59,997 nucleotides of DNA from a virus. A program made the translations under genes and the position numbers. Of the stretch, positions 33,038 through 42,888 are shown piece after piece; positions within the stretch are counted from its first letter, which is position 1; every line of letters begins with the position of its first letter. The stretch is from the IMG/VR virus record IMGVR_UViG_3300029535_000005, positions 1 to 59,997 of that record; one strand, written 5' to 3'. A model generated the notes under the pieces. The model was not told the DNA's origin. It searched no databases and was given only the letters and a program-made list of their open reading frames with translations.

Positions 33038-34444
33038 ATGAATAATAAATCTCTCCAAGATCTTGTTAAAGGCTGTTATGGGCGAAAAATTTTATATACT
33101 GATGTTGAAACCATCACAGCAGAAAATATTGTCAAGGTGGTTGGAGACTGCATCGGAAATTATTATTACAACAAAACCATCATAGAATACCTATGGCGGT
33201 ATTACAAAGGAGATCAGCCGATTTTATACCGATTAAAGGTACAAAATGCTGATATTACAAACAAAATAGTAGAAAATCATGCGTATGAGATTGTTCAGTT
33301 CAAAGTAGGTCAGACATACGGTGAACCAATCCAGTTTATTAGTCGAAAAGATGACGATGTGATCAATAAGGCAGTGGATGAGCTGAATGACTATCTTGTA
33401 GACGCAAATAAGCAGGAAAAGGACATTAAAGCTGGTGAATGGCAGTCAGCAACCGGAACATCTTTCAAGGCGGTGAGATTTGCAAATGGAGATATACCAT
33501 TTCAGATTGTTGCCCCTACTCCGATGAATACTTGTGTTATTTATAATCGGAGCACGGAAGAACCGGTTCTTGCAGTACAAGAACTTAAGGACGAGGATGG
33601 AAGATGGTACAAACTGTGCTATACAGACAGTCATTCGTGCAAAATTCAAAATGGAGTAGCTTCTGAATGGAAATTGCATGCGTTTGGAAGCATTCCTATT
33701 GTTGAGTTCCCAAACAATCACGAAAGAATATCAGACATTGAGCTTGTCATAGGTCTTCTGGATGCCATCAACAACATGCAGTCAAACAGAATGGATGGAA
33801 TTGAGCAGTTTGTTCAGTATTGGGTAAAATTTGTAAACTGTGAGATTGACCAAAAAACGTTTGAAGAGATGAAAATGAGCCATGCTTTGACTGTAAAGTC
33901 TAACAATAAGGATAACAAAGCCGATGTTGAAATCATGACGCAGGAACTTAACCAGAGTCAGTGTCAGGTGGCAAAGGATGATTTGATTGATAATTTACAA
34001 GCAATACTAGCAATACCAAACAGAGAGTCTCAAAACTCTGGAGGAGATACACAGGGTGCCGTATCCTTAAGAGCTGGGTGGGATTTCTCAAAGACTAGGG
34101 CAAAACAAAAAGACCCTATTATCAAGTCAGCAGAGAAAAGACTGGCAATAATAATATTAAATATTTTAAGGGTAACTGGAAATGACTTGAAAATATCCCC
34201 AAGAGACTTTGATGTTCAAATTAACCATAGCCCATTAGATAACCTTTACACAAAAACACAGGCGCTTGCACAAATGCTGCAATCTGGAATAAATCCAAGA
34301 ATAGCAGTTGAAACTTGTGGATTATGGGGAGATGCCGAAAAGGTATCTTTACAATCACAGCCATATTTTGATGCTTTATATAAAACAATAGATATGGTAA
34401 ATGAAGAAAAGAAAAATATAAAAAATCAAGAGCCGACAGTTTAG
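33038..34444 (+). CDS. Portal protein (SPP1 Gp6-like)
   Basis: 468 aa. The position after terL and motifs such as YYKGDQPIL fit the family. Confidence 0.9.
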   Translation: MNNKSLQDLVKGCYGRKILYTDVETITAENIVKVVGDCIGNYYYNKTIIEYLWRYYKGDQPILYRLKVQNADITNKIVENHAYEIVQFKVGQTYGEPIQFISRKDDDVINKAVDELNDYLVDANKQEKDIKAGEWQSATGTSFKAVRFANGDIPFQIVAPTPMNTCVIYNRSTEEPVLAVQELKDEDGRWYKLCYTDSHSCKIQNGVASEWKLHAFGSIPIVEFPNNHERISDIELVIGLLDAINNMQSNRMDGIEQFVQYWVKFVNCEIDQKTFEEMKMSHALTVKSNNKDNKADVEIMTQELNQSQCQVAKDDLIDNLQAILAIPNRESQNSGGDTQGAVSLRAGWDFSKTRAKQKDPIIKSAEKRLAIIILNILRVTGNDLKISPRDFDVQINHSPLDNLYTKTQALAQMLQSGINPRIAVETCGLWGDAEKVSLQSQPYFDALYKTIDMVNEEKKNIKNQEPTV

Positions 34445-34608
34445 TTTTTGTTTGCTCTTGATTTCACATAATCATTTAAAATGCTTACCATAAGGTTATT
34501 AAGAGAACGCATATCTTCTTTTGCAATAAGTTCAAGAGAGGATTTGAGTTCCTTCTCCATAACAATGGTAGTTTTAACCTTATTTTTAGAAATTTGTCCT
34601 TGAGACAT
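34441..34608 (-). CDS. Ribbon-helix-helix (Arc/CopG-like) protein, 55 aa
   Basis: Minus strand: GTGAGGTGATAAT then ATG. Sequence MSQGQISKNKVKTTIVMEKELKSSLELIAKEDMRSLNNLMVSILNDYV. Confidence 0.6.
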   Translation of the reverse strand: MSQGQISKNKVKTTIVMEKELKSSLELIAKEDMRSLNNLMVSILNDYVKSRANKN

Positions 34609-34713
34609 ATTATCACCTCACTTTTATACATTATAAATTGCTGCAAGATAATTGTCAAGTTGCTTGCAAGTTGCTAGTGACTATGATATAATAAAAACAA
34701 AGGAGATGATAAT

Positions 34714-35361
34714 ATGCCAGATAAAATAAAAGGGAAGAATTATACTCATGGATTAACAGGTACAAGAGTATATAAAACTTGGGAAAGCATGAAAGCAAGG
34801 TGTTATAACAAAAATGATAACAAATATGAAAAGTATGGAGGAAGAGGTATTAAAGTATGCGATGAATGGCTAGGGAAAAATGGTGTAAAGAGTTTTGCTG
34901 AATGGGCATATGCCAATGGATTTGACGAAAATAAACACCAAAAAGAACAGAGCATTGACAGAATAAATGTTGATGGCGACTATGAACCAAATAATTGTAG
35001 ATTTGTAAACGCAAAGGTTCAAGCAAATAATAAAACAAATACAGTTTTTCTTGAATATCAAGGGAAAAGAAAAAGTTTACAAGAATGGTCGGATGAATTA
35101 GGAATTGCAGAATCGACTATTCGATGGAGAATAAGCAAAGGGTATTCAGCAGAAAAAGCGTTGACTACCAAAGTTAGAAAAACATTAAATACAGGGAAAA
35201 AGTATTTAACATACAAAGGAGATACAAAGACAATTTCAGAATGGGCAAGATATTTAAAAATTGACCCTAAAATATTATATTCAAGATTGGGAAGAGGGTG
35301 GACAATAGAAAAAACAATAGAAACACCCGTAGGTGCTGATAAGTGGCACAAAACAAAATAA
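34714..35361 (+). CDS. DNA-binding or homing-endonuclease-like protein (a family often annotated as HNH/AP2-like)
   Basis: GLTGTRVYKTWESMKARCYNKNDNKYEKYGGRGIKVCDEW ... IDRINVDGDYEPNNCRF. Own promoter: TTGCAA-17-TATAAT upstream. Confidence 0.55.
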   Translation: MPDKIKGKNYTHGLTGTRVYKTWESMKARCYNKNDNKYEKYGGRGIKVCDEWLGKNGVKSFAEWAYANGFDENKHQKEQSIDRINVDGDYEPNNCRFVNAKVQANNKTNTVFLEYQGKRKSLQEWSDELGIAESTIRWRISKGYSAEKALTTKVRKTLNTGKKYLTYKGDTKTISEWARYLKIDPKILYSRLGRGWTIEKTIETPVGADKWHKTK

Positions 35362-35378
35362 TAACTATTGAAAATAAG

Positions 35379-35409
35379 ACAGCTACCGAGTAATCGGCGG
35401 CTGTTTTTA
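35379..35409 (+). terminator. Intrinsic terminator
   Basis: ACAGCTACCGA-GTAA-TCGGCGGCTGT followed by TTTTTATTTT. Confidence 0.6.
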
Positions 35410-35507
35410 TTTTATAAAAATTCGCAAAGTTGTGAGCGTAAAAAACAACAGTGTCATTCGGTGTCGTTGCACCGCAAAAATTCGTAAAGACATATCGGAG
35501 GTAATCA

Positions 35508-36056
35508 ATGAAAAGAGAAGAGTTAATTGCAATGGGTATCAGTGAGGAAAATGTTGAAAAAATCATTGCTGATTACGGCAGTGCCGTACAGAGAGAACAG
35601 GCAAAAGCAGCAGAGCTTAAGGCAAAGGCAGACAGCGCAGATGAGTTGCAGAAAAAGCTGGATGAAATGGAAGCAGGAAACCTCACGGAACTTGAAAAAG
35701 CAAACAAGGCGTTAGAGACAGCAAATCAGCAGATTGCAGATATGCAAAAGAAAAACGCCATCAGAGACCAGCGAGAAGCATTGATGGAAAAGTTAAAAAT
35801 CAATGCAGAACAGGCAAAAACGGTCGTCAAAGATGATGGAAGCCTTGATTATGACGCTCTTGGAAAGATTACATCCGAAAAGGAAACCGCAGCAGCGCAG
35901 GCAAAGGAACAGGAGATTGCAAATAATTCTGCAAATCCGGGCGGCGGTACTGCAGGTGGAGAGAATAAAAAAACGGCAGATGTTGAAAATGCCGAAAGTA
36001 TCAGCTTTGGCGAACCGGCAAAAAATGCAGAAGCCAAAGACCATTATGTTTTATAG
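35508..36056 (+). CDS. Scaffolding protein
   Basis: Ala/Glu/Lys-rich coiled coil located between the portal and capsid genes. Confidence 0.7.
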   Translation: MKREELIAMGISEENVEKIIADYGSAVQREQAKAAELKAKADSADELQKKLDEMEAGNLTELEKANKALETANQQIADMQKKNAIRDQREALMEKLKINAEQAKTVVKDDGSLDYDALGKITSEKETAAAQAKEQEIANNSANPGGGTAGGENKKTADVENAESISFGEPAKNAEAKDHYVL

Positions 36057-36066
36057 GAGGTAAATT

Positions 36067-36396
36067 ATGGGAAAACCGATTGAAAGAGACTTTACACAGA
36101 GTAAAGGAATTTTAAAATTCTTTCCTTATGAGGGTGCGGCGTGCATCGTTCCGCAGACAATGGTAACAAGTGCAGATGCTAACGGAAAGAAAATTGCAAA
36201 GGCAGGAACACCATTTCCTAGCAATGATGCATCTTGCAAAGGATATCTTCTGGAAGATGTTGACGTAACAATGGGAGATGCGCCGGGAACTTATGTATAT
36301 CAGGGTTCTATTGACAGCGCAAAGGTAACAGCGAACGGAGTGACCGTGGAAGAAACTGCAAAAGCAGCAACACCGCGTGTCACTTTTTTTGATTAA
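36067..36396 (+). CDS. Possible head decoration or minor head protein
   Basis: 109 aa, lying between the scaffold and major capsid genes. Confidence 0.5.
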   Translation: MGKPIERDFTQSKGILKFFPYEGAACIVPQTMVTSADANGKKIAKAGTPFPSNDASCKGYLLEDVDVTMGDAPGTYVYQGSIDSAKVTANGVTVEETAKAATPRVTFFD

Positions 36397-36415
36397 GAAA
36401 TGGAGGTATTAGAGA

Positions 36416-37510
36416 ATGGCATTACCATTAGCAGAAGCATTTACCGCAAGAAGCCTTGGGGTTATGTGGAATAATTATGAAAAAACGCTTGGTTCTGCGC
36501 CTTACTTAGGTAGACAGAAATTTGGAACCAGAAAACAGGACAGCCTTGAGCTTAGATTTATCAAAGGGAAAAACGGTCTTCCAGTATCCTTAAAGGCATC
36601 CAATTTTGATGCGCAGGCAGAGTTAAGAGACGTTGGTGGATTTTCGGACATTCAGAACGAGATGCCTTTCTACCGTGAATCTTACATGGTAACAGAGCGT
36701 GAAGAGCAGGAGTATGCAAATTACCAGTCGGCAGAAAATTCCAACATGGCAAACCAGGTGCTTAGAGAAATCAGCAAAAAACCGATGATGCTTATTGAGG
36801 GGGCAAGAGTGGTGCCGGAACGCCAGATTTGGCAGTTATTAGCACCATCTGATGGTATTCCAAGAGTACAGGTAACAATTGGCGGAAAGAGCTACTATGT
36901 GGATTATACTTCGGACAATGGAGTGGCGCACAAGAGAGATCATTACAAGGATATATCCGGAAGCGATACCGATAAATGGTCTGCATCCGAAACAGCAACG
37001 CCACTTGATGACCTTATCGAGATTAAACGTGAGTTTGCAAAGAAAACCGGATATTCCCTTGCACGCTTTAGCATGAATACAGAAACATGGGAAATGGTCC
37101 TTAAAGCGGAAGATACAAAGAAACAGGTGCTTGGAATTACTGCTTACAATGGCGGCATTCGCTTACAGCAGGGGCAGGTTACAGAGTATCTTAGAGGATA
37201 CGGCATCGAGATTGAAGTTTACGACAAACTTTACATCGACCCTGCAGACGGTGCCACCAAATATTTTATTCCTACAGGAGTTATTTCAGCGCAGGCATCC
37301 GGCGTGTACCTTGGAGATTATGTCTTTGGAAAGACACCGGAAGAGAGAAGCGGAAGTTTGACAGACGGAAACCTTTCTATTGTAGAAACAGGTATTTCGG
37401 TATATACATACGCAACAAATCATCCGATCAACACTCATTGCGTTGTGTCAATGATCGGATTGCCTACTTTTGAGGGAATGGACAGCGTTGTTGTCATGAA
37501 AGTTGCGTAG
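36416..37510 (+). CDS. Major capsid protein (protein E-like family)
   Basis: 364 aa. The position and the N-terminal pattern ...WNNYEKTLGSAPYLGRQKFGTRKQDSLELRFIKG fit. Confidence 0.85.
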   Translation: MALPLAEAFTARSLGVMWNNYEKTLGSAPYLGRQKFGTRKQDSLELRFIKGKNGLPVSLKASNFDAQAELRDVGGFSDIQNEMPFYRESYMVTEREEQEYANYQSAENSNMANQVLREISKKPMMLIEGARVVPERQIWQLLAPSDGIPRVQVTIGGKSYYVDYTSDNGVAHKRDHYKDISGSDTDKWSASETATPLDDLIEIKREFAKKTGYSLARFSMNTETWEMVLKAEDTKKQVLGITAYNGGIRLQQGQVTEYLRGYGIEIEVYDKLYIDPADGATKYFIPTGVISAQASGVYLGDYVFGKTPEERSGSLTDGNLSIVETGISVYTYATNHPINTHCVVSMIGLPTFEGMDSVVVMKVA

Positions 37511-37520
37511 GAGGTGCGGT

Positions 37521-37751
37521 ATGATTGCTGAATACACGGTAAAACGCAATGGAAGATGGTATAAAGCAGGAGATGAAATCCCGGACATTGTTCCGGGAGA
37601 GAAATCTTCCGGCGGGTACACCAAGACAGAGATTAACAGAATGAGCACTGCTGATTTACAGGCACTTGCCGCTGAACATGGGATAGAGGGTGCAGAAGAA
37701 ATCAGTGGAGCGGAACTGAAACGCATTTTGATCGAGCAGTTCGGATTATAG
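37521..37751 (+). CDS. Small protein with a SAP/Rho-N-like C-terminal motif
   Basis: TAGGAGGTG RBS. Sequence ...TADLQALAAEHGIEGAEEISGAELKRILIEQFGL. Confidence 0.5.
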   Translation: MIAEYTVKRNGRWYKAGDEIPDIVPGEKSSGGYTKTEINRMSTADLQALAAEHGIEGAEEISGAELKRILIEQFGL

Positions 37752-37761
37752 GTGGGGAAGA

Positions 37762-38142
37762 ATGAGCGAATACACAACATTAGAGCAGGTCAAAATCAGA
37801 CTGAAACAATTTCATATTGAAACCGTTACGGATGAAGATGGTGTTATTTCTGATGTTGTCGTGTTCGACCAGAAAGAAGATAATCCTTACATTGAACAGC
37901 TTATCAAACAGGCAAGAAATGAAGTGGTAAGCAAGCGGAATTACCCGGAAAGCTACACGGATGAAAAAATATCCGAAGACTTGAAACAGTTTGAGGATGT
38001 AATCGTCAATTTATCCGTGTACGACCATTCACAGGCAGGAGAAGCCTATATGGCAAGTTATTCAGAAAACGGCGTAAGCCGTAGCTGGAAAGACAGGGAA
38101 AGCTTATTTGTTGGAGTATTTCCGTTTGTAAAAGCAATTTAA
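37762..38142 (+). CDS. Head-tail connector (gp6-like) protein
   Basis: Called from size and position downstream of the capsid gene. Confidence 0.55.
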   Translation: MSEYTTLEQVKIRLKQFHIETVTDEDGVISDVVVFDQKEDNPYIEQLIKQARNEVVSKRNYPESYTDEKISEDLKQFEDVIVNLSVYDHSQAGEAYMASYSENGVSRSWKDRESLFVGVFPFVKAI

Positions 38143-38239
38143 CATCGCCTATAGGGCATTAATAAAAGAAGATTGTGCGTTACGTTTTGCCGATGTTGGA
38201 AAAACGTAGCAGGCGGCACACATTGAGCGGTGGTGGGCG

Positions 38240-38587
38240 GTGTGCCAATTACAAAGAAAGGCGGTATATGATTTGACGATTGAAATATCAACAGCAATCA
38301 TTATAAGCGTGTTATCACTCGGTTTTTCCGTCTATATGGGATTAAAGAATAACAAGCGAACAGACACAAAGGATGTTGAGGAACGCGTGAAAGAAAATAC
38401 ACGCATCAATATGAAACTGGATGCCATCTCAAACAACACGACGGATATTAAGAATGAAGTCTCGGAGATGAGAAAAGAAATCAACTCACATGACAACCGG
38501 ATTATTAAAGTTGAGGAAAGTGTGAAATCGGCTCATCACAGAATTGACGGAATAGAAACCCGTCTTAATGATGACAAGGAGGTTTAA
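38240..38587 (+). CDS. Membrane-anchored coiled-coil protein (possible holin accessory, XhlA-like)
   Basis: N-terminal TM IEISTAIIISVLSLGFSVYMGL followed by a coiled coil. The start is uncertain (GTG 38240 or TTG 38273). Confidence 0.5.
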   Translation: MCQLQRKAVYDLTIEISTAIIISVLSLGFSVYMGLKNNKRTDTKDVEERVKENTRINMKLDAISNNTTDIKNEVSEMRKEINSHDNRIIKVEESVKSAHHRIDGIETRLNDDKEV

Positions 38588-38589
38588 TC

Positions 38590-38916
38590 ATGGATATTAT
38601 ACAGGCGGTAATTGCTAACATGACAATTATTCTGGCCATTATTGGTGCTCTGGCATTTGTTGTGTCTGTGGTAACACAGGTAATCAAAGGTGTAGGCGTA
38701 TTTTCTAAGGTTCCGACGGACATCTTGGTATTTGCCCTTTCCATCGGTATCACGGTCGCTGCGTTTGTGGCATACATGCAGTACATACAGACAACAATTT
38801 TATGGTATATGATCTTGGCGGCTATTATTGCAGGATTTATTGTTGCGTTTGTCGCGATGTATGGATGGGAAAAGCTTTCTGAGCTGTGGAAGCGGTTCGG
38901 CAAGGATGTGAAGTGA
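38590..38916 (+). CDS. Putative holin (multi-TM small membrane protein with a charged C-terminus)
   Basis: Three to four hydrophobic helices and a C-terminal EKLSELWKRFGKDVK. Confidence 0.55.
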   Translation: MDIIQAVIANMTIILAIIGALAFVVSVVTQVIKGVGVFSKVPTDILVFALSIGITVAAFVAYMQYIQTTILWYMILAAIIAGFIVAFVAMYGWEKLSELWKRFGKDVK

Positions 38917-38917
38917 A

Positions 38918-39388
38918 ATGCTTGAGATCAATAAGCAAAAAATGAGTTATTCGCTACAGAGCGGAAAGGTTCCGGTGTATGTGACGGACGAGGATGGAAA
39001 CATCGAATATTCTTCATATACTGATTCAGATGGAAATGTAATTTATTACCTCGATGAAGATGGAAACAAAATACCGAAAACAACCGGAGAGTATACCACA
39101 GGTTATGAGAAGCCTGTGGTTTTTTATTCTTCAATCAGCAATAAGTTGAGTGAAGCACTTATAAAAGAGTTTGGCGTTGACAATTCAACAAACTTTGTTC
39201 AGATTGTCGAGGACAAAGGGAAACTTCCATTGAGCGTCGGCTCTTTGGTATGGAAAAGGTCAGATGTAAGGTACAAAGATGAAGAGAATACAATCGTTGA
39301 CGAAAATTCGGCTGATTACATCGTAAAAGGTGTTGCAGACGAGGGATTGACGGTTGATTTGTTCTTATTGCAAAAAAATGTGAAGTAG
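38918..39388 (+). CDS. Hypothetical structural protein
   Basis: 156-aa ORF in the head-tail joining region. Confidence 0.5.
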   Translation: MLEINKQKMSYSLQSGKVPVYVTDEDGNIEYSSYTDSDGNVIYYLDEDGNKIPKTTGEYTTGYEKPVVFYSSISNKLSEALIKEFGVDNSTNFVQIVEDKGKLPLSVGSLVWKRSDVRYKDEENTIVDENSADYIVKGVADEGLTVDLFLLQKNVK

Positions 39389-39395
39389 GTGCGGC

Positions 39396-39923
39396 ATGGG
39401 GAAGAAAGTAATCACAATGAGCCTGTCTGAAAAGTCTATTCAGAACGCCGTACGAGAGCTTAGAGCCTATCAAAACAGCTTGACATATAAATGCCAGCTG
39501 TTGGCAGAAAAACTCGCGGAAAAGGGCGTAGAGATTGCCAGAGTGCAAATTGCTGACCTTGACGCAATATTTACATCGGAACTGATTTCAAGTGTTCACG
39601 CGGAATATAAAGGAAGCACTAAGGGCGGCGGGATATGGGCGGTAATAGCCGGTACAGACCATGCCGCATTTGTTGAGTTTGGAACCGGAATTGTGGGACA
39701 GCAAAGTCCTTATCCTGGGAAACTTCCGGAGGGTGTTTCGTGGCAGTACGCAAGTGGAAAAACTATCCATCAGATTTCAGATGGAAGATATGGATGGTTT
39801 TATCAGGACGACAATGGCGATTGGTGGTTTACAGAGGGAATGCCAAGCCGACCATTTATGTATCTGACCGCAAATGAGTTGCGGCAGATTGTAACACAGA
39901 CAGCGAAGGAGGTGTTTGGATAA
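39396..39923 (+). CDS. HK97 gp10-family tail-completion protein
   Basis: HAAFVEFGTGIVG motif. Confidence 0.7.
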   Translation: MGKKVITMSLSEKSIQNAVRELRAYQNSLTYKCQLLAEKLAEKGVEIARVQIADLDAIFTSELISSVHAEYKGSTKGGGIWAVIAGTDHAAFVEFGTGIVGQQSPYPGKLPEGVSWQYASGKTIHQISDGRYGWFYQDDNGDWWFTEGMPSRPFMYLTANELRQIVTQTAKEVFG

Positions 39924-40354
39924 TGGCAGGCAACCAGTGGGTATTTGACCTTGAAACAAACATTTTTTCCAATGTGGTAACGATTGCCAAACCAAAACTC
40001 CAGAAGAAATACAAAAGCATAAATTTTGACACTGCATTTACAACGGTTGAAAAGAACCTGGATAAAGACCCTGTTTTCCCGACCATTTACATTCACGAGA
40101 TGCCTGGGCTTGAACGTGGGGCAGATTTAGAGGGCACATCCGTAAATGCGGTGCAGGAAACAATACAGGTTGACGTCATTACAAACACAAAGCAGAGCGA
40201 TGCAAAAGGGATTATGGCTATTTTAGCTGATGCCTTTAAGCAGATGCGATTTCAAATTACAGCAATTCCGGAGTTTAAAAATGACAGTGAGAAAAAATTT
40301 AGAAGTGTTGCAAGGTTCCGTCGGATAATCGGAGCCAACGACAGGTTGATGTAA
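39923..40354 (+). CDS. Hypothetical tail-terminator-region protein
   Basis: 143 aa with an ATGA-type overlap. Confidence 0.5.
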   Translation: MAGNQWVFDLETNIFSNVVTIAKPKLQKKYKSINFDTAFTTVEKNLDKDPVFPTIYIHEMPGLERGADLEGTSVNAVQETIQVDVITNTKQSDAKGIMAILADAFKQMRFQITAIPEFKNDSEKKFRSVARFRRIIGANDRLM

Positions 40355-40443
40355 AAGAGCCGAAATGCTCTATTTTTTATGCACCGGGTGCAAAAAGATG
40401 TGCCCGATAACCGCATTATTTGGCGGTAGAAAGAGAGGCAAAA

Positions 40444-40920
40444 ATGGCAGCAGCAGGATTGTCTACGTTAGGAATTACGTTTGGCTATGGCACAGAAGCG
40501 ACAGCCGGAACAAAGCCTACATCGTTTAAACAACTCACAAGAATTAACTCGATTGGCGGTATTAACATTGAGCCAGAACAGATCGAAGCATCCGCTTTAG
40601 AGGATGTAATTACCAGATATGTAAAGGGGCGCGCAGATACAGGCGGTTCATTCCCTATCACGGTAAACCTTACAGACGCCACAAAAGAAGAGTGGGAAGC
40701 ACTTATCACGGCGTACAAAGCGCTTACCGATGGGAAAAGAATGTGGTTTGAAACCATTATTCCTGGATTCGCAGATGCGTTTTTTGTGGTTGCGCAGCCA
40801 CCGGAACAGATACCGCAGCCGGAGATTGGTCAGAATGAGCTTTTAACGGTTGAAATGAACCTTACCATTGAGGAATACAAGGAAATGGACACGGCCGTGG
40901 CGTTTACACCGGGGGAATAA
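40444..40920 (+). CDS. Major tail protein
   Basis: MAAAGLSTLGITFGYGTEATAGTKPTSFKQLTRINSIGG... pattern. Located upstream of the chaperone and tape measure genes. Confidence 0.7.
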   Translation: MAAAGLSTLGITFGYGTEATAGTKPTSFKQLTRINSIGGINIEPEQIEASALEDVITRYVKGRADTGGSFPITVNLTDATKEEWEALITAYKALTDGKRMWFETIIPGFADAFFVVAQPPEQIPQPEIGQNELLTVEMNLTIEEYKEMDTAVAFTPGE

Positions 40921-41056
40921 CACGTCAGTCGAATAGTTCGGTTGAATCGGCTGACGATAATCAGACAACCGAATCGGAACTTGAGGGAACAGTTTAAAAG
41001 AATAGGGCGGTCTTCGGACTGCCCTTTCCCTATAAAAAGGGAGAAAGGGAAAGAAT

Positions 41057-41455
41057 ATGACAAAATTAAAGCTTGGAGAGAAAGAGTTACAGATCAAATT
41101 CGGATATGAAGCAACCGTGAAAAGCGGAATTATCAAGAAAGTAGCAAAATTAGACCAGATGAAAAATATTGAAGCGGTTGACGAAATCCTTTTATTCATT
41201 CCGGAGTTAATCCTTGTAGGCGCGCAGAAGTTTCACAAAGAGGAGCTTGGATACAACTTGGAAACTGAAGAAGAAAAGGAACAGCAGCTTGGAAAAGTAT
41301 ATGCCATGCTGGATGACTACTTTGACGGAGAAGATGCAGATGTTCATGCACTTTACAATGCACTTTTAGCAGAGTTACTTGAAAACGGTTTTTTATCAAA
41401 ACTGCTCAAAGCAGAGCAGAAAGAAGTGGAGAAGAAAACTACCAGGAAAAAGTAG
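41057..41455 (+). CDS. Tail assembly chaperone (gpG-like)
   Basis: 132 aa in the usual position. Confidence 0.65.
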   Translation: MTKLKLGEKELQIKFGYEATVKSGIIKKVAKLDQMKNIEAVDEILLFIPELILVGAQKFHKEELGYNLETEEEKEQQLGKVYAMLDDYFDGEDADVHALYNALLAELLENGFLSKLLKAEQKEVEKKTTRKK

Positions 41456-41880
41456 AAGAACAGAGAGAGCTTACATGGGAAACGTATTGCACGGAAATCC
41501 GCCCGTTTTGGCTTTTAGTTACAAAGGGGTACGGATTTACTGTGCATGACATAGACACGTCTTGTCCGGCCGATTTAAAGCCATATGCAGACGTTTACAA
41601 CTTAGAGAAAAAGCAAAAAGACAATGATATGTGGATGTGGTTTGGAACATATGGATTGTCTGCAGTATCGGTGGCAGTAGAACATTGTCTTGCGGGTAAA
41701 AAAGCTAAATCAAAGTATGTGGACAAGCCTATCACAGAGCATAGCTTGTTAAACGATTCTGAAATGACAGAAGAGGAAATTCAGAAACAAAGAGAATTAT
41801 TTGTGGCAAAACTCAAAATTATGCAATCAAATTATGAGTTGAGCCACCCAAAGAAAGAAGAGGTGCCACATGAAAATTAA
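41389..41880 (+). CDS. Predicted -1 frameshift extension (gpGT-like) of the tail assembly chaperone
   Basis: Slippery T TTT TTA at 41389-41395. The -1 frame is open from 41383 to 41880. An alternative slip site is GGAAAAAG at 41445-41452. Confidence 0.5.
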   Translation, partial: FFIKTAQSRAERSGEENYQEKVEEQRELTWETYCTEIRPFWLLVTKGYGFTVHDIDTSCPADLKPYADVYNLEKKQKDNDMWMWFGTYGLSAVSVAVEHCLAGKKAKSKYVDKPITEHSLLNDSEMTEEEIQKQRELFVAKLKIMQSNYELSHPKKEEVPHEN

Positions 41881-42880
41881 AGGTATTGATGTTTCCGGGT
41901 ACAATGGAAATATTAACTGGTCAAAAGCAGCAGAAAACGGCGTTGAATTTGCCATTTTGAAAGTAATCCGAAAAGATTTGCAGCCGGACAAGTATTTTGA
42001 AGCAAACTGGACAGGATCAACAGAAGCTGGCGTTCCGGTGCAGGGCGTATATAATTACAGCTACGCAACCAACGCAGAAAAAGCGCAGACCGATGCGCAA
42101 AGAGTGATCGAAGTTCTTGCCGGAAGAAATGTGATGGTGTGGCTGGATGTAGAGGATAAGTGCCAGCAGAATATTGGCGATAAGATTGTCTCTATTATCA
42201 ATGAATATCAGAAGATCATTGAAGCCGCAGGGTGCAAATTTGGTGTATACACAGGTCTGTCTTTTTACAACAGCTATATCAAGCCATATCTTGAGCATAT
42301 TGATTGCCCGTTTTGGGTCGCAAAATACCCGTCCAGTACGCCTATGATGATTACGGCAGACGCACCAGAAGACAAGAAGCCTGATATTCTTCATGAACTT
42401 TACGGATGGCAGTACAGTTCAAAGGGATTTGTAGCCGGTGTTTCCGGATGCGTCGATCTGAATGAACTGTATGTAGCGGTAGACACGGTAAATGTAATGC
42501 CAGAGCCAGAGAACACGCTTCATAAGGTTGGAGAGGAAATCACGGTTTCTTCTTACTACAAATCTTCCACGGCTGGTATTGGAGATGCGATCATCAAGTA
42601 TGCTTCCGGAACGATTACACGAATCAAGGCGGGTACGCATAATCCATATTGCTTTTCAAAAAATGGAGTTGCAGTAGGTTGGTGCAACGATGGAGATATT
42701 CGATCAACGGATGCTTCTGTGCAGTCTACAGATAAAAAGACAACGTATACGGTACGACGCGGCGATACACTTTCAAAGATCGCAAAAGAAAACAATGTAA
42801 CGGTTGCAAAATTGCAGAAAGACAACGGGATCAAGAACCCAAACAAAATTTATGTAGGGCAGAAAATTTTGATTCAGTAA
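41870..42880 (+). CDS. Endolysin: GH25 muramidase with a C-terminal LysM domain
   Basis: MKIKGIDVSGYNGNINWSKAAENGVEFAILK (GH25). YTVRRGDTLSKIAKENNVTVAKLQKDNGIKNPNKIYVGQKILI (LysM). Confidence 0.9.
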   Translation: MKIKGIDVSGYNGNINWSKAAENGVEFAILKVIRKDLQPDKYFEANWTGSTEAGVPVQGVYNYSYATNAEKAQTDAQRVIEVLAGRNVMVWLDVEDKCQQNIGDKIVSIINEYQKIIEAAGCKFGVYTGLSFYNSYIKPYLEHIDCPFWVAKYPSSTPMMITADAPEDKKPDILHELYGWQYSSKGFVAGVSGCVDLNELYVAVDTVNVMPEPENTLHKVGEEITVSSYYKSSTAGIGDAIIKYASGTITRIKAGTHNPYCFSKNGVAVGWCNDGDIRSTDASVQSTDKKTTYTVRRGDTLSKIAKENNVTVAKLQKDNGIKNPNKIYVGQKILIQ

Positions 42881-42888
42881 AAAATCAA

